Source: the human T2T-CHM13v2.0 reference genome, Homo sapiens. Taken from it: a stretch of 64,000 bases of DNA. Of the stretch, positions 17,263-34,900 are shown one piece after another. Position numbers and translations under genes: made by a program. The notes under the pieces are model-generated. The model was not told the DNA's origin. It ran no database searches and saw only the letters and a program-made list of their open reading frames with translations. The stretch is taken from the NCBI RefSeq assembly GCF_009914755.1, contig NC_060930.1; one strand, written 5' to 3'. Position 1 is the first letter of the stretch; every line of letters starts with the position of its first letter.

Positions 17263-18476
17263 TCAAATAATTTTGGAATCCAGTGTACCAAAGTAGTATT
17301 TTATTTTTAATTAAATATTCTTTAGTTCATCATTTTGGCAAAATTTCATGGTGTTTTTCCTGAGTGAAAATTTATCTACTTATGTATAAGTAGATAAACC
17401 ATGCAATTTAAACTTAGTAAAACATATTTAAAATGAATAAATAGCATGTAGGTACAGATGTAGTCTCTATCTGAATGACAATCAATACTTCCAAAACTTA
17501 CATTTAGAAGATATCTTATATGTAACCCTTAACAGCATTGAAGGAATATGTTTGTTCTTCTGACCTAATAATTACATGTTCAGAAAATTTGCAGTATTTC
17601 CTTTATTATAAATTTAATATACATGAATTAATCTTCATTATTATATTTAAAAGCTTATCCTTTAAGATGAGTTAAATATTTAATTATTAAAAACAATGTG
17701 ACTTTGGTTTTTTAACATAGCAGCATCCATGTGGACAAATAACTTCATGAAAATGTCATGTACTTATAGGGCTTTCATACATGTTTGATGTCAACCTATT
17801 CAAGAAGAGTAAAAAGCAATTTTCGGTGACAAACATTAAATTGAAATAATTTTATTCTTGCATTCATTAATAAAAATATATTCTTATTGTAAAAAAATTC
17901 AAAAATGAAATTAGTGTACATTATCCAGACTTTTTTTCAATTTTATTACAGCAATAATCAAATACATACAGAAATTTTATACCTCACAACATATTGTAAA
18001 TTCTAATTAGTCTGTTTAGTCTCTTGAGAAAGTATAAAGCGCCTCCCATCCTGTGGGATAACTGACTTAAAAAGTCAAATACCTTACTTGAAATCACTTG
18101 GTGTGACACAGTGGCCAAAGGCTAGCCACAAAACTATATTCGGAATAAAAAATTGCCAATAAATCTCTGAAGCAGTTCATGCCTCAAATAGTCATACATT
18201 GGAATAAAATTAGTAATAAAGGAAAATCCATCCGTGGAATCCTCAACTTAACTGCTGTCTTTCATCACAAAAAAGGGACAATAATTCACAATATTACTCT
18301 ACAATTTCTTCCACACTACCTATGGTGATTTTTCAAATCACAAATTTACTTTTCAACTATGTACTGGCATCTCGAAGGCATTGTGTTCTATGTCTTTCAT
18401 TAGGTGAGGGGGGATCACATGTTAATGTGAAATAACACTATTCAAAACTAATTATTTTTCTTCACTCTTTCTCTAG

Positions 18477-18727
18477 GAGGCACTATAGAACATTTCAGTC
18501 AAAATGCTGGCAGCGTGTGACTAGAAAGTGCCATGAAGATGAGAATTGCATTAGCACCTTAAGCAAACAGGACCTCACTTGTTCAGGAAGTGATGACTGC
18601 AAAGCTGCTTACATAGATATCCTTGGGACGGTCCTTCAAGTGCAATGTACCTGTAGGACCATTACACAAAGTGAGGAATCTTTGTGTAAGATTTTCCAGC
18701 ACATGCTTCATAGAAAATCATGTTTCA
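18477..18727 (+). CDS. GFRAL: GFRAL exon 6 (domain D3): RHYRTFQSKCWQRVTRKC...MLHRKSCF
   Basis: ctctag acceptor, A|gtaagt donor, 251 nt. Continues exon 5 frame (AG+G = Arg). Overlaps ORF 18517..18744. Confidence 0.97.
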
Positions 18728-18748
18728 GTAAGTTCCCCAAATAAAATT

Positions 18749-18793
18749 ATCTGTCTATCTATCTATCTATCTATCATCTATCTATCTATCTAT
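18749..18793 (+). repeat. (TCTA)n tetranucleotide STR, interrupted, ~20 nt downstream of exon 6
   Basis: atctgtctatctatctatctatctatcatctatctatctatcta. Confidence 0.9.
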
Positions 18794-19019
18794 TTTGTTT
18801 TTGCCTATACAGTAAAAGAGGTAATCCAGCACAGACATTTTTGTGTTTGGTATTGCATTTGAAAATTTGCTTTCTGATTATGTTCTGTGTATTTGCTATT
18901 TTACTCACTTACTTGAAAATAGTACATTTTAAAAATTTATATGATAGGTCACTCTTAATTATCATTTATTGATTTCAATATCAAAAGCATAGAAGGTTTA
19001 TTCTATCAGATAAATGGAT

Positions 19020-19505
19020 ATATCAAGTATCAATTGCTGCATAACAAACCATAAGTATCTATACTAAGTAACAAAACAATGGCTTAAAACGATAACCATT
19101 TATTTGCTCACAATTCTGCACATTGGACTTGGCTCAGCTGGATGGCTCTTCCGATGGTCTTTTGGGGGGTCACTCATGTGCCTATAGTCATCTGGTATCT
19201 TTAGGCTCGGCTGAGGCTGTTTGGTCCAAGGTGGTATTAGCAGACACCATTTTCTGGTGTGGTGTGGTTCACTTCAATATGACATCTTCAGCAATATAGC
19301 CAAAAACTCTTATGTGGAAGCAGAAGAGTTCCTAATGGCTAAACCCCATTGTGTAGCTGTCTAGTATCTGCTACTGTCACATTTGTAATTATTTCACTGA
19401 ACAAAGCAAATCACAATGGCCAACCTCAGAGTCACTGTGGGAGTGGACTACATAAGGATATGAATATTCAAGGTCAGATTAATCAAGGATCATTACTCTA
19501 ACAAC
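19020..19505 (-). mobile_element. MaLR solo LTR (MLT1F/G/H-like)
   Basis: attgctgcataacaaacca...ggcttaaaacgataaccatttatttgctcacaattctg...ggctcagctgg. Confidence 0.6.
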
Positions 19506-19972
19506 CTACTATGATTGGCTGTCCTGGCCTATGTACAATATATTCACTCTTCAATTTAGTTTTTCTCCCCTTGGTCTTTAACATGTCTGCTGATCAACCT
19601 ATAATGATGAAATGGAAAACATATTTTCCGAAGTTATTGTTTAATTTAGGGACAAGAAAATTGATATTTAGGAATTTAAATAATTTGTTCAGCATCTCAA
19701 AGTGAGCTAATGGTCAAGAAGGACTTTCATGAGTCTTAAGGAAACAACCTAAGGATGTGATCATGTAATAATTCAAAACCTCTCTATTATCCATCTTCAG
19801 GGTTAGACCATGCAACCTTCGACGTCCCCAAACTTCCCCAGGCCCCTACCCCTAGATCCCTAGCTGTAACTACCATATCTGCAGGTACTGTTTCTAGAAG
19901 GAAGTAATGGATATTTACTGTTTCATAGCAAACCAAATCTTTATATTTATTGAAAATGTTTGACAGACATAG

Positions 19973-20022
19973 ATCTATATCTACATCTATATCTATATCT
20001 ATATCTGTATCTATATCTATAT
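19973..20022 (+). repeat. (TCTATA)n hexanucleotide repeat
   Basis: About 8 imperfect units. Confidence 0.85.
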
Positions 20023-20855
20023 ACAGATGCATATTTACACATTTATATTTCTATTTTTCTTTACAGATACTTAGGAGATGCACATTAGCCAATGTGCTAA
20101 AAATTGTGATTTGTTGTATATTATGTAATAGGCATACAGCTCAGAGTTTATGGTTTTGATTTCGACAGTGTTTTCTGTGGAATATCCACAATTTCTATAA
20201 TTAACACTACAGATATATTTCAACTGAAATCACGATACAGAGAAGAATTGAAGTGTTATATAAGTCATATTCTCTAATTTTCCTCTCTTATTAACATTAG
20301 TTCTGTTGAAACTGAAAATACTTATAATGAATGGCTCATATGATTACAGCAGGAAAATACCAAATAACCAATTTGGTATTAACCAAATTAAACTTATAGT
20401 AATATATACAGTTATATAATAATGGTTATTTATAGGTTCTTTCTAATATTACAAGGTATGAAGAAAAATGTTGATTCTACAGGTTAATAATGATTCAATT
20501 TATTTGGCAAAAATTCTCTAAAAATACAGGTCTAAACATCCTAATTCTAGTTCTAAACATGTTTTTCTCAAATATAATAACAATTGTGTTCAATTTTCAT
20601 AGTGTTTGCTTACTATAACCTTTTCAGAGCAAAAAATTTGCAGAGGCACTAAAGATAGACATTTAAAATTGTGTAAATATTAAAGTTCTATATGAATGCT
20701 TTAAAGAATGAAAATTCAAAATGATTTCACTTTTCTTTACTCACCTAGGAAGAGGAAGTTTTTGCTCCAAATATTACCTACTAAGACTAGGAATTTCAAA
20801 TGACAGGATTATAGAATTAAAGGAACCTCAAAGGCCTTTGGTCACAGTTCTTGGT

Positions 20856-21197
20856 AGAATTGTCCCTTGGTATCCATGGGGAATTGGTTCCAGGACTCAA
20901 ATGGACACCAAAATTTGTTCATGTTCAAGTCCCTGATATAAAATGGTGTAGTATTTGCATATAACCTATGTATATCCTCCCATATACTTTAAATAATATC
21001 TAGAATACTTATAATATCTAATACATGATTTACATATAAATGTCATGTAAATTGTAGTTATAATGTATCTTTTATATTCATATTATATTTTATCATTTTG
21101 CTGTTTTTTTTAAATTATTTTTTTCTCTCAAATATTTTGATCCAAAGTTGGTTGAGTCGAGGGGTGCAGAACTCACAGGTATGGAGTGATGACTATA
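20856..21197 (+). mobile_element. MER2 (TcMar-Tigger MITE)
   Basis: tcccttggtatccatggggaattggttccaggac...caagtccctgatataaaatggtgtagtatttgcatataacct. Confidence 0.8.
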
Positions 21198-22427
21198 CTT
21201 GAATTAATAGGAAAAATTCCAAACAAAACCAGAAACCAAATCCTTAGGCCTTGCTAATTCTAACAAACCTTTATCCATTGCCTCAAATATATGAAAGTAG
21301 CACAAGGACATTTGCTGAAGGAAGTATGTCTCTCATCATTGCCCCGACTTCTCACATCAGCCTAGCACTCTCATGAATTTTCAAAAGATCGGTCATTACA
21401 GTATGTTTCTAAAACCCTTTAACTTCTGCTTTCTTTACTTGAAAGGGTCAGAACTGAGTGGAACTGAGAGGACTGTGAAGGGAGGCTTTTCAGTTTGTCA
21501 CATTTGCTTAATTAAATGCATTGTTTCTCAAACTCATTTGAGCTTAGGCCACAGTAAGTAATATATGTTTATATTAGCACTGTACTCTCATTTTTATGCA
21601 ACATACTCTGTTTGTTAACAATTTTTATTGCTTTATTCTATTGTTCCCCAATGCTGACCACTACCCACTAAATTATTTTAAGACTTACTAACATGTTGTT
21701 CACTGAAGTTTCAAAAACACTTTCTTGGAACAAAAATTTTTCTGGAAATAAATTTATGAGATTAAATAGCTTGCCCAGGGTTCTACATTGGGTGTGGTAT
21801 AGTCATGACCCTGGCTGGTTGACTTGGAGCCCGCTATGTTCTCCTGTTTGTGAAATGATAATGAAAAAAAAAAAAACAGCAACAACAAAACAAAACAAAA
21901 CAAAAAACTTATATCTGTTCCATATGCTCCAAAGTCCTATTAGTCTGAACTTCATAGTTCTGTTCTGAGAACTAAGCTTGGAAAATGCACTGAAGAGCCC
22001 TTATCTGGTCCTGTGTGCAGGACTAGACTCAGGCAGAAGAGCATCCTGAACAAACCATGTATTCTGTCACCAACCTCCACTTACCTACTAACCTATGGAT
22101 TCACAACAAACTTACTTGTCTGTGATAATCTGTAGCACAGAACAAATTTGTGGCCCTTAGAGCTAATAGGGAAATGAGAGCCATGGAAGAGAGAGAAGTT
22201 GGTTAAGAGACAGAGGACCATCAACACGGGAAGGATTAAAGGATCCATTATTGTTTTCAGTCCATTATACCGAAGGAGTGAGAGGGTATACCTTAAGCTG
22301 ACAGAAATGTTCTTTTTGCATTTCCCAGAGCTTTTTTTTATTTAAATACCAGTTATATAGTCAACTAAAAGAGATATGAAATACCACCATTCTGACCCAA
22401 AATATTCAGATCCTCCATGTGGATAAT

Positions 22428-22675
22428 TAAAAGAAAAAGGAGAAAGAAAAGGAGGAAGAGGAAAAGGAAGGGGGAGGAAGGGAGAGGGAAGAGAAAACAG
22501 GAAGGAAGAGTAGGAGAAGAAGTAGGAGGAGAGAAAGGAGAGGAGGAGGAGAAGGGGGAGGAGGGGAGGAAGAAGAGGAAACAGGAAGGAGGAAAAGAAC
22601 AAGGAGAAGAAGTAGGAGACAAAAGAGGGAAGGTAGAGGAGGAGGAGGAGAAAGAGGATTAAGAAAAAGCAGAAA
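22428..22675 (+). repeat. GA-rich polypurine low-complexity tract
   Basis: ~250 nt almost entirely G/A with internal repeated blocks (gaagagrrraacaggaagga, aggagaagaagtaggag). Confidence 0.9.
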
Positions 22676-23239
22676 ACCTCTGTTTAGTAAATTCTACAAG
22701 AGATGGAAAACATAGCAATACAAAAAAAAAGCATGTGATACATGCTTAAACAAATTTAAAGAATACAGAAATAATCCCATTCTCAAGAGAGAGCCAATGT
22801 TCATAAGGTTGGTGTATATTCTTTTGAACTTTTTCTTTACTTCTAATACATACATACTTTGAATACCTTGTATATACCCAAACATGTCTCCTTTACTCTG
22901 ATACACACACACATTTTTTAAGGCAATCAAACTATACTTATTGCTTTACAGCTTCCTTTTTAAACTTAAAAAATATATGGTAGACCCATTTCCAAGTATT
23001 TACATACATGGTAGCTTAATTCTTTTTTTTTTTTAATTATACTTTAAGTTTTAGGGTACATGTGCACATTGTGCAGGTTAGTTACATATGTATACATGTG
23101 CCATGCTGGTGCGCTGAACCCACTAAATCGTCATCTAGCATTAGGTATATCTCCCAATGCTATCCCTCCCCCGCCCCCCACCCCACATCAGTCCCCAGAG
23201 TGTGATATTCCCCTTCCTGTGTCCATGTGATCTCACTGT

Positions 23240-27082
<3,843 letters not shown>

Positions 27083-27130
27083 TTATTTTGCTCGTTAGTT
27101 GATGCAGTTTCTTCCTAGTCTCGATGGTCT

Positions 27131-28147
27131 TTACATTTTGGCATGATTTTGCAGCAGCTGGTACCGGTTGTTCCTTTCCATGTTTAGTGCTTCCTTCAGG
27201 AACTCTTGTAAGGCAGGCCTGGTGGTGACAAAATCTCTCAGCATTTGCTTGTCTGTAAAGTATTTTATTTCTTCTTCACTTATGAAGCTTAGTTTGGCTG
27301 GATATGAAATTCTGGGTTGAAAATTCTTTTCTTTAAGAATGTTGAATATTGGCCCCCACTCTCTTCTGGCTTGTAGGGTTTCTGCCAAGAGATCCGCTCT
27401 TAGTCTGATGGCGTTCCCTTTGAGGGTAACCCGACCTTTCTCTCTGGCTGCCCTTAACATTTTTTCCTTCATTTCAACTTTGGTGAATCTGACAATTATG
27501 TGTCTTGGAGTTGCTCTTCTCGAGGAGTATCTTTGTGGCGTTCTCTGTATTTCCTGAATCTGAACGTTGGCCTGCCTTCCTAGATTGGGGAAGTTCTCCT
27601 GGATAATATCCTGCAGAGTGTTTTCCAACTTGGTTCCATTCTCCCCATCACTTTCAGGTACACCAATCAGATGTAGATTTGGTCTTTTCACATAGTCCCA
27701 TATTTCTTGGAGGCTTTGCTCATTTCTTTTTATTCTTTTTTCTCTAAACTTCCCTTCTCACTTCATTTCATTCATTTCATCTTCCATCGCTGATACCCTT
27801 TCTTCTAGTTGATCGCATCAGCTCCTGAGGCTTCTGCATTCTTCACGTAGTTCTCGAGCCTTGGTTTTCAGCTCCATCAGCTCCTTTAAGCACTTCTCTG
27901 TATTGGTTATTCTAGTTATACATTCTTCTAAATTTTTTTCAAAGTTTTCAACTTCTTTGCCTTTGGTTTGAATGTCCTCCCGTAGCTCAGAGTAATTTGA
28001 TCGTTTGAAGCCTTCTTCTCTCAGCTCGTCAAAGTCATTCTCCGTCCAGCTTTGTTCCGTTGCTGGTGAGGAACTGCGTTCCTTTGGAGGAGGAGAGGCA
28101 CTCTGCTTTTTAGAGTTTCCAGTTTTTCTGCTCTGTTTTTTCCCCAT
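27131..28147 (-). pseudogene. L1 ORF1p, full 338-codon length, with two nonsense codons (27818-27820, 27758-27760)
   Basis: ORFs 27818..28147 and 27131..27691 share a frame. Both stops are TGA at Arg (CGA) positions. Confidence 0.9.
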
Positions 28148-28449
28148 CTTTGTGGTTTTATCTACTTTTGGTCTTTGATGATGGTGATGTACAGATGGGT
28201 TTTTGGTGTGGATGTCCTTTCTGTTTGTTAGTTTTCCTTCTAACAGAGAGGACCCTCAGCTGCAGATCTGTTGGAGTACCCTGCCCTGTGAGGTGTCAGT
28301 CTGCCCCTGCTGGGGGGTGCCTCCCAGTTAGGCTGCTTGGGGGTCAGGGGTCAGGGACCCACCTGAGGAGGCAGTCTGCCCATTCTCAGATCTGCAGCTG
28401 CGTGCTGGGGGAACCACTGCTCTCTTCAAAGCTGTCAGACAGGGACATT

Positions 28450-29053
28450 TAAGTCTGCAGAGGTTACTGCTGTCTTTTTGTTTGTCTGTGCCCTGACCCC
28501 GGAGGTGGAGCCTACAGAGGCAGGCAGGCCTCCTTGAGCTGTGGTGGGCTCCACCCAGTTGGAGCTTCCCGGCTGCTTTGTTTACCTAAGCAAGCCTGGG
28601 CAATGGCGGGCGCCCCTACCCCAGCCTGGCTGCTGCCTTGCAGTTTGATCTCAGACTGCTGTGCTAGCAATCAGCGAGACTCCGTGGGCGTAGGACCCTC
28701 CGAGCCAGGTGCTGGATAGAATCTCATGGTGCGCCGTTTTTTAAGCCCGTCGGAAAAGCGCAGTATTCGGGTGGGAGTGACCCGATTTTCCAGGTGCCGT
28801 CCGTCACCCCTTTCTTTGACTCAGAAAGGGAACTCCCTGACCCCTTGCGCTTCCCAAGTGAGGCAATGCCTCGCCCTGCTTCGGCTCACGCAAGGTGCGC
28901 GCACCCACTGACCTGCGCCTACTGTCTGGCACTCCCTAGTGAGATGAACCCGGTACCTCAGATGGAAATGCAGAAATCACCCATCTTCTGCGTCGCTCAG
29001 GCTCGGAGCTGTAGACCGGAGCTGTTCCTATTCGGCCATCTTGGCTCCTCCCT
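28450..29053. promoter_or_regulatory. CpG-rich L1 5' UTR: sense promoter fires on -, antisense promoter and ORF0 (ATG 28603) fire on +, the same direction as GFRAL
   Basis: YY1 motif CAAGATGGCCG on - strand, many retained CpGs, ORF0-like MAGAPTPAWLLPCSLISDCC. Activity is inferred from L1 biology, not shown. Confidence 0.65.
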
Positions 29054-30298
29054 GCTTAATTCTTTTTAAAGGTCATATCATATCTTATAGTAGAGCTATA
29101 TCATAATTGTTAACTAATCTCCTGTTAATGTGGATATTTTGTTTGAATGCAATTATTTTTACAGACATTGCTGCAATAAATGTTATTGCACGTATGTACT
29201 GGCATTTGAATAGAGTAAGTTTCAAATAGTGGAATTACTAGACCATAAGATTTGTGCATTTTTAAATTTGGTAGACACTGAAAAAAAACAGTTTGTTTCT
29301 GTTACATTTTAATGAGAAAGTTTCAATATTTTTAATTTGTATTTTTATTATAAATAATATGGAACATCTTTTCAGTGACTTGTTGGAGATATTCTGTTTC
29401 TTCTTACCTACTCCTGTACTGTGCTTAAAATATCCTGCTTCTTTAGTCTCAGTAAATGACACTTTTGTTGCCTGTGTCAGCTGTTTGTGTGGATATGTGA
29501 AGACTCATTGATCTGCATACCTCCTTAATGATCCTGATCACAAAGTGATGACCTGGTGGGTCATAGCCTTGGGCTTGGAACTGGACCCTACTATGTGTTA
29601 TCTGAGTGATGTAAAGAGCAAAGTTTTAAAATCATTTTTTGAATATTCAACCATTCTTCCTCAACTGGATAATTTCCATTGCTTTTTGAAAGGATAATTT
29701 TCACTACATGATTAATAGTCAGAAAACAAAATTTATAATATAAATATAATTATGAAAAATAATTATATTTATCATTCAGTTAAAGAAAAATAACATTGTC
29801 ATGATTTTTGAAGTTCTTTTAAGTGTCTCTCAACATCACATTCTTTTCTTTCCCAATACAGAAATTAGTGTTGATTAATTCCTTGCTTCCCTTTCTAATT
29901 TTGCCACATTAAAAAAAATCCAATCAATATATTGTTTAGTTTTTCATGTTTTGAGCATTATATAAATGGAATCACATTTTTTTGCCCCTTTAGTATCCTG
30001 AAATGAAGCCATGTTGTGATGTAGAACTAGTGACTTATTTTTTACTGCTATGTAATATTCTATTGCAAATACATCTATTTATTCTATAGCTGGCATATGT
30101 TAGGATTTTTCCATTTTAAAAAATTGTAAATAGTGTAGCTTGATCATCTTAGTACATTTTTCTTGATACACACATGCAAGATAATTCTCTAGGGAGCAGT
30201 TCTCAATCTTTGCTAAACGTGAGAATCATTGAGAGATTAAAAATTCTCATGTCCAATAAACCAATAAAATCACATTATATAATGGCAGGACGTGACAG

Positions 30299-30610
30299 TA
30301 GGACCAGCTTCATGGACATGTGGCCAATGTAGTTACATAGGCCCTGTGCTCAGAAGAATCCCAGATCTGGGGTTTAATGCTCTGCAGTCATTGTCGAAAT
30401 TCTTAATAATTTTCTTTTGCTTTTGTTTTTGAAATTCAATGAAATAATAAAGCACACAAGAGGTGGCTTGGAGCCTCAGCACATGTGTGTTTCTGTGTCT
30501 TGCCATTTCGCATCTTCTTAGGGGCAAGCAAGTTCTCAGCTGCCTGCTCCCCATCCTCTGATGCTGGGCCCTGCCCAACACCCCTTCACTTCGCCATCCT
30601 GCAACTGCTG
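30299..30610 (+). mobile_element. MER45/Zaphod-like hAT-Tip100 fragment
   Basis: ggaccagcttcatgg...agggccctgtgctcagaag...ggtttaatgctctgc...gaaattcttaataattt. Confidence 0.65.
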
Positions 30611-31989
30611 CCAGACATTTGTCTATTTTCTAAAAAGTGATATTGAGCCTTCCAATCCACAGATATATATTTTTTTCTTTCCTGTCTTATAATAAATTTT
30701 TGTTACTTTCACAATGAAAAGTAATTTCTAAATAAATTTTTTCATAACTTTTGCTATCTATAATTATTTCTAGGTATGGCCCAAATATTACAATTGCTAT
30801 TGAAAGTCATATTTTCTCAGGATTATACTGTCAAACTCTTCATGGTTGAACTATAGAAATTCATTTGATTTCTACACATAAATTCATGTGTAGCAAAGTT
30901 GTTAAACACTCATAGATTTTGACAATTTATGGAATTATTTTGTTCTTCCTTTTAGCTAACCATATACTCTTCAATAATCACAGTTTTGTTTCTTTTGTTC
31001 AATGCTCATGCTTTTTTTTAATCCTCCCCACCACTTCCTATAACATCTAGGACCTACAGAAAAAAAGTGAAATATAAATGGTGATAGTGAGCACCCTTGC
31101 CTTGTTCCTGATCTTGAAGAGAATTATCTCATCATTTACCATTAAGTCTGACATTTGTCACAAGTTTTTTGTAGATACTGCAGATTGGAATAAAGAAGTT
31201 ATCTTCTATTCATGGAATGCAAATCACTTTTAAACAACAAATGAATGCTGAATTTTATTAAATGCTACTATACATTTGAAGATCTCATCTGAAATTTGTT
31301 CAGTACTTTTTAGTCATTGTCTTGTGGTAGAGTGATTTGTCATGGTTCTAATATTGTTAGACTATCAGAAATAGAACTAAAGTATTCATTTAAACACATT
31401 CAAGAATCTCTATTTGTACAAAAAGGAAAAAAAACAGACACAAATAAACCCAACTTATTCATTAGCACCATGTCTTTTCCCCTTTCACAGACAAATTTTC
31501 CAGAAGAGTTGCCTGGGTTTATTGTTTCAATTTCCTTTTCTCTAACAGGTTGATCCACCCTTTCCAGTCTGGCTTCTGGGTATAGATCCACTCACAAAAG
31601 CAGCTTTCCCATAGGTTATCAACAACATCCATTTCAGAGGGCCTGGAGGTCCTTGTCTTATTTGGATTTTAAGCTACCTTCAAGAACAATTGATATACTT
31701 TTCTTTCTTGATATACTCCCCTCACACCTTAGCTCCTATTCCTCTGATCACCCTGAATGCTCCTCTTATTTCTACTTTGTAGGCTTATCCAATTGGCTAA
31801 TTAATATTTGTGTTTCAAGACTCAGCTGTAGATTCTCTACTAAAGTACTGCTATAATCTTCCCCAAGGAGATCCCATCCATGCCCATAGCATCATCACTT
31901 CTTATAATGACTTACAATCTTCAAGGAGACCTCTTTTCTAAGATTCCAACCCAATTGCCTGTCCTCCTACTTGATATATTCTTTAGGAT

Positions 31990-34900
31990 TTTGAGATTGT
32001 GATATAACAAATAAGCTCCAGAAGCTCAGTGGCTTTACAGAATGGAAGTTTATTTCTTGGGAGCATTAAGTCCAATCAGCATTAACATTGGTCATTTAGA
32101 GGACTAGCCTCTTTCCTACATGCAGCTCTACCTCAGCATAGGACCTCTAAGTCTTCCCTACTCAGCAGAGGATAGGAAAATAAAAAATGTGGTTTGCCTC
32201 ACAGTCATAAAGGAGCATTTTATGGTTCGATGGTGGCAACAGTGCATATCACACACACTCATGGTCCACTGGCCCCAACTCAGTCACACGGCCACACTTA
32301 TCTCCAGGGAGACAGGGAACTATAGTCTAGCTTTGTGCCAGGAGGAAAGGCAATTGTAATTGTTAATCAACAAATAAGTCTCTGCAACAATTTACCCTTC
32401 CTCTTAGCAAATTTCCGTTGCATTTTTCTCTTCACACAGAGAATATGCTTATTCCTTCTCCATTGGAGACATCTTAATGTTTTTCAAATTTTTATTCAGC
32501 ATCAGCCGCGAACTCAAAGCCCTGAATGTTAAAAGATGTGCAAGCTAAATGTTGTGGCACCTTGTAATAGACAGGAAACCCACTGCCATCTTCCCGACAC
32601 AGACACCAAACACTAACACACCCAAACCCCCACTATAAACCTACATATAGTATCAGGGACAGCAAAACCTCAAAAAAAAAAAAAAACTTCTATTCAAAAT
32701 CAGGAAAAATGGGAGAACAATAACACACAGTGAGATCCTATACTATAGGCATTGTGCAGCCTCTCTGGCAGTGTGGATTTCAGTAAGGAGAACCTGAATC
32801 AGATATCTGTGAAGAACCACCTTCTGTGGCTCCTATTTTATCCTCTGAAAGGTTCTTCCTTGACCGTATTTTTCCACGGCCATATCTGAAATAGGTTTGG
32901 CGGAGTACACCCTCCTCGGGGAACATGGAATGTTCATAGCCAAATCCTGTTCATAGAGTTTGAAGGACTGAAAGTTGTTTTAAAGTTTAACAGTCACAGA
33001 CTTTTGCAAGCAGACTGGTGGCTCCTTTGGCAATATAATCTCTTAAAAATGTGTTAGATTTCTCATGTACTTGCTTTTTATCAGTTACATGTGCCAGTAT
33101 TCACAATAAAAAATTTTTCTTGACTTAGTTCCCAAGTTTGCCTTATTTCTTTCCTTCCTCACCTCTGTGCCTCTCTCTCTCTCATTTAATAATTTAAGCT
33201 AATCTAAACAATAGACTGTGTAATAAGGTAATACTCTTAATCTGAGATTTGCTCCATCATTGAATCAATTTATTTAACTTAGAAATACTAGGCCTTTTAT
33301 GACTGGAGATATTTTCCTTTGTTTTCTTCAACTTTTTTTTTTTAAGTTCTGGGATACATGTGCAGGATATACGGTTTGTTACATAGGTAAATGCATGCCA
33401 TAGTGGTTTGCTGCACAGATCATCCCATCACCTAGGTATTAAGCCCAGCATCCATTAGCTATTCTTCCTGATGCTCTCCCTCCTCCCACCAGCCACCTGA
33501 CAGGCTGCAGCATTTGTTGTTCCCACTGTGTGTCCATGTGTTCTCATCATTCTGCTCCCACTTATAAGTGAGCACATGCAGTGTTCGGTTTTCTGCTCCT
33601 GTGTTAGTTTGCTGAGGATAATGGCTTCCAATTCCATCCATTTTCCTGAAAAGGATATGATCTCATTCCTTTTTATGGCTGCATAGTATCCCATGGTATA
33701 TATGTACCACATTTTCTTTATCCAGTCTATCATTGATGGTTATTTAGGCTGATCCCATGTCTTCACTGTTGTGAATAGTGCTGCAGTGAACATATCCATG
33801 CACATATCTTTATAATACAATGATTTATATTCCTTTGAGTATATACCCAGTAGTGGGATTGCTGGGTCAAATGGTATCTCTGCTTCTAGATCCTTGAGGA
33901 ATTGCCACACTGTCTTCACAATGGTCGTATGTTAGTTTTGATTTGCATTTCTCTAATGATCAGTGATGTTAAGCTTTTTTTCATATGTTTGTTGGCCACA
34001 TGAATGTCTTCTTTTGAGAAGTGTCACTCCTTTCCTTTACCCACTTTTTAATAGTGTTGCTTGTTTTTTTTCTTTTCAATTTGTTTAAGTTACTTGTAGA
34101 TTCTGGATATTAGATCTTTGCCAAATGGAAAGATTGCAAAAGTTTTCTTCCGCTATGTAGGTTGTCTGTTCACTCTGATGATAGTTTATTTTGCTGTGCA
34201 AAAGGTCTTTAGTTTAGATCTCATTTGTCAATTTTTGCTTTTGTTGCAATTGCTTGTGGTGTTTTCATCATGAAAATTTTGCCTGTGCCTATATCCTGAA
34301 TGGTATTGCCTAGATTTTCTTCTAGGATTTTCATAGTTTTGGGTTTTACATTTGTCTTTAAGCCATCTTGAGTTAATTTCTGTATATGGTGTAAGGAAGG
34401 GATCCAGTTTCAATTTTCTGCATATGCTAACCAGCACTCCAGGCATCATTTATTAAATAGGGATTCCTTTCCCCACTGCTTGTTTTTGCTAGGTTTGTCA
34501 AAGATCAGATGGTTGTAGCTGCGTGGTCTTATTTTTGAGCTCTCTATTCTCTTCTGTGTATCTATGTGTATGTTCTTATACCAGTATCATACTGTTTTGG
34601 TTACTGTAGCCTCACAGTATAGTTTGAAGTTGGGTAGCGTGATACCTCCAGATTTGTTCCTTTTGCTTAGGACTGTCTTGGCTATTTCGCTCTTTTTTTG
34701 CTCCATATGAATTTTTAAATAGCTTTTTTCTAATTCTGTGAAGAATGTCAATGGTAGTTTAATGGGAATAGCATTGAACATATAAATTACTTTGGGCAGA
34801 ATGACCATTTTCATGATATTGATTTTTCCTATCCATGAGCATGGAATGTTTCTTCATTTGTTTGCATCCTCTCTGATTTCTCTGAGCAGTGGTTTGTAGT

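Noticed and set aside
22342-22662. Lys/Arg/Glu-rich and Phe/Leu/Ser-rich ORFs
   Set aside because: Translations of a GA low-complexity tract.
28793-28794. Second ORF0 splice donor (CCAG|GTGCCG) as the source of a GFRAL fusion
   Set aside because: It lies downstream of the ORF0 TAG at 28717, so no ORF0 fusion protein could result; only a non-coding or reinitiating chimera is possible.
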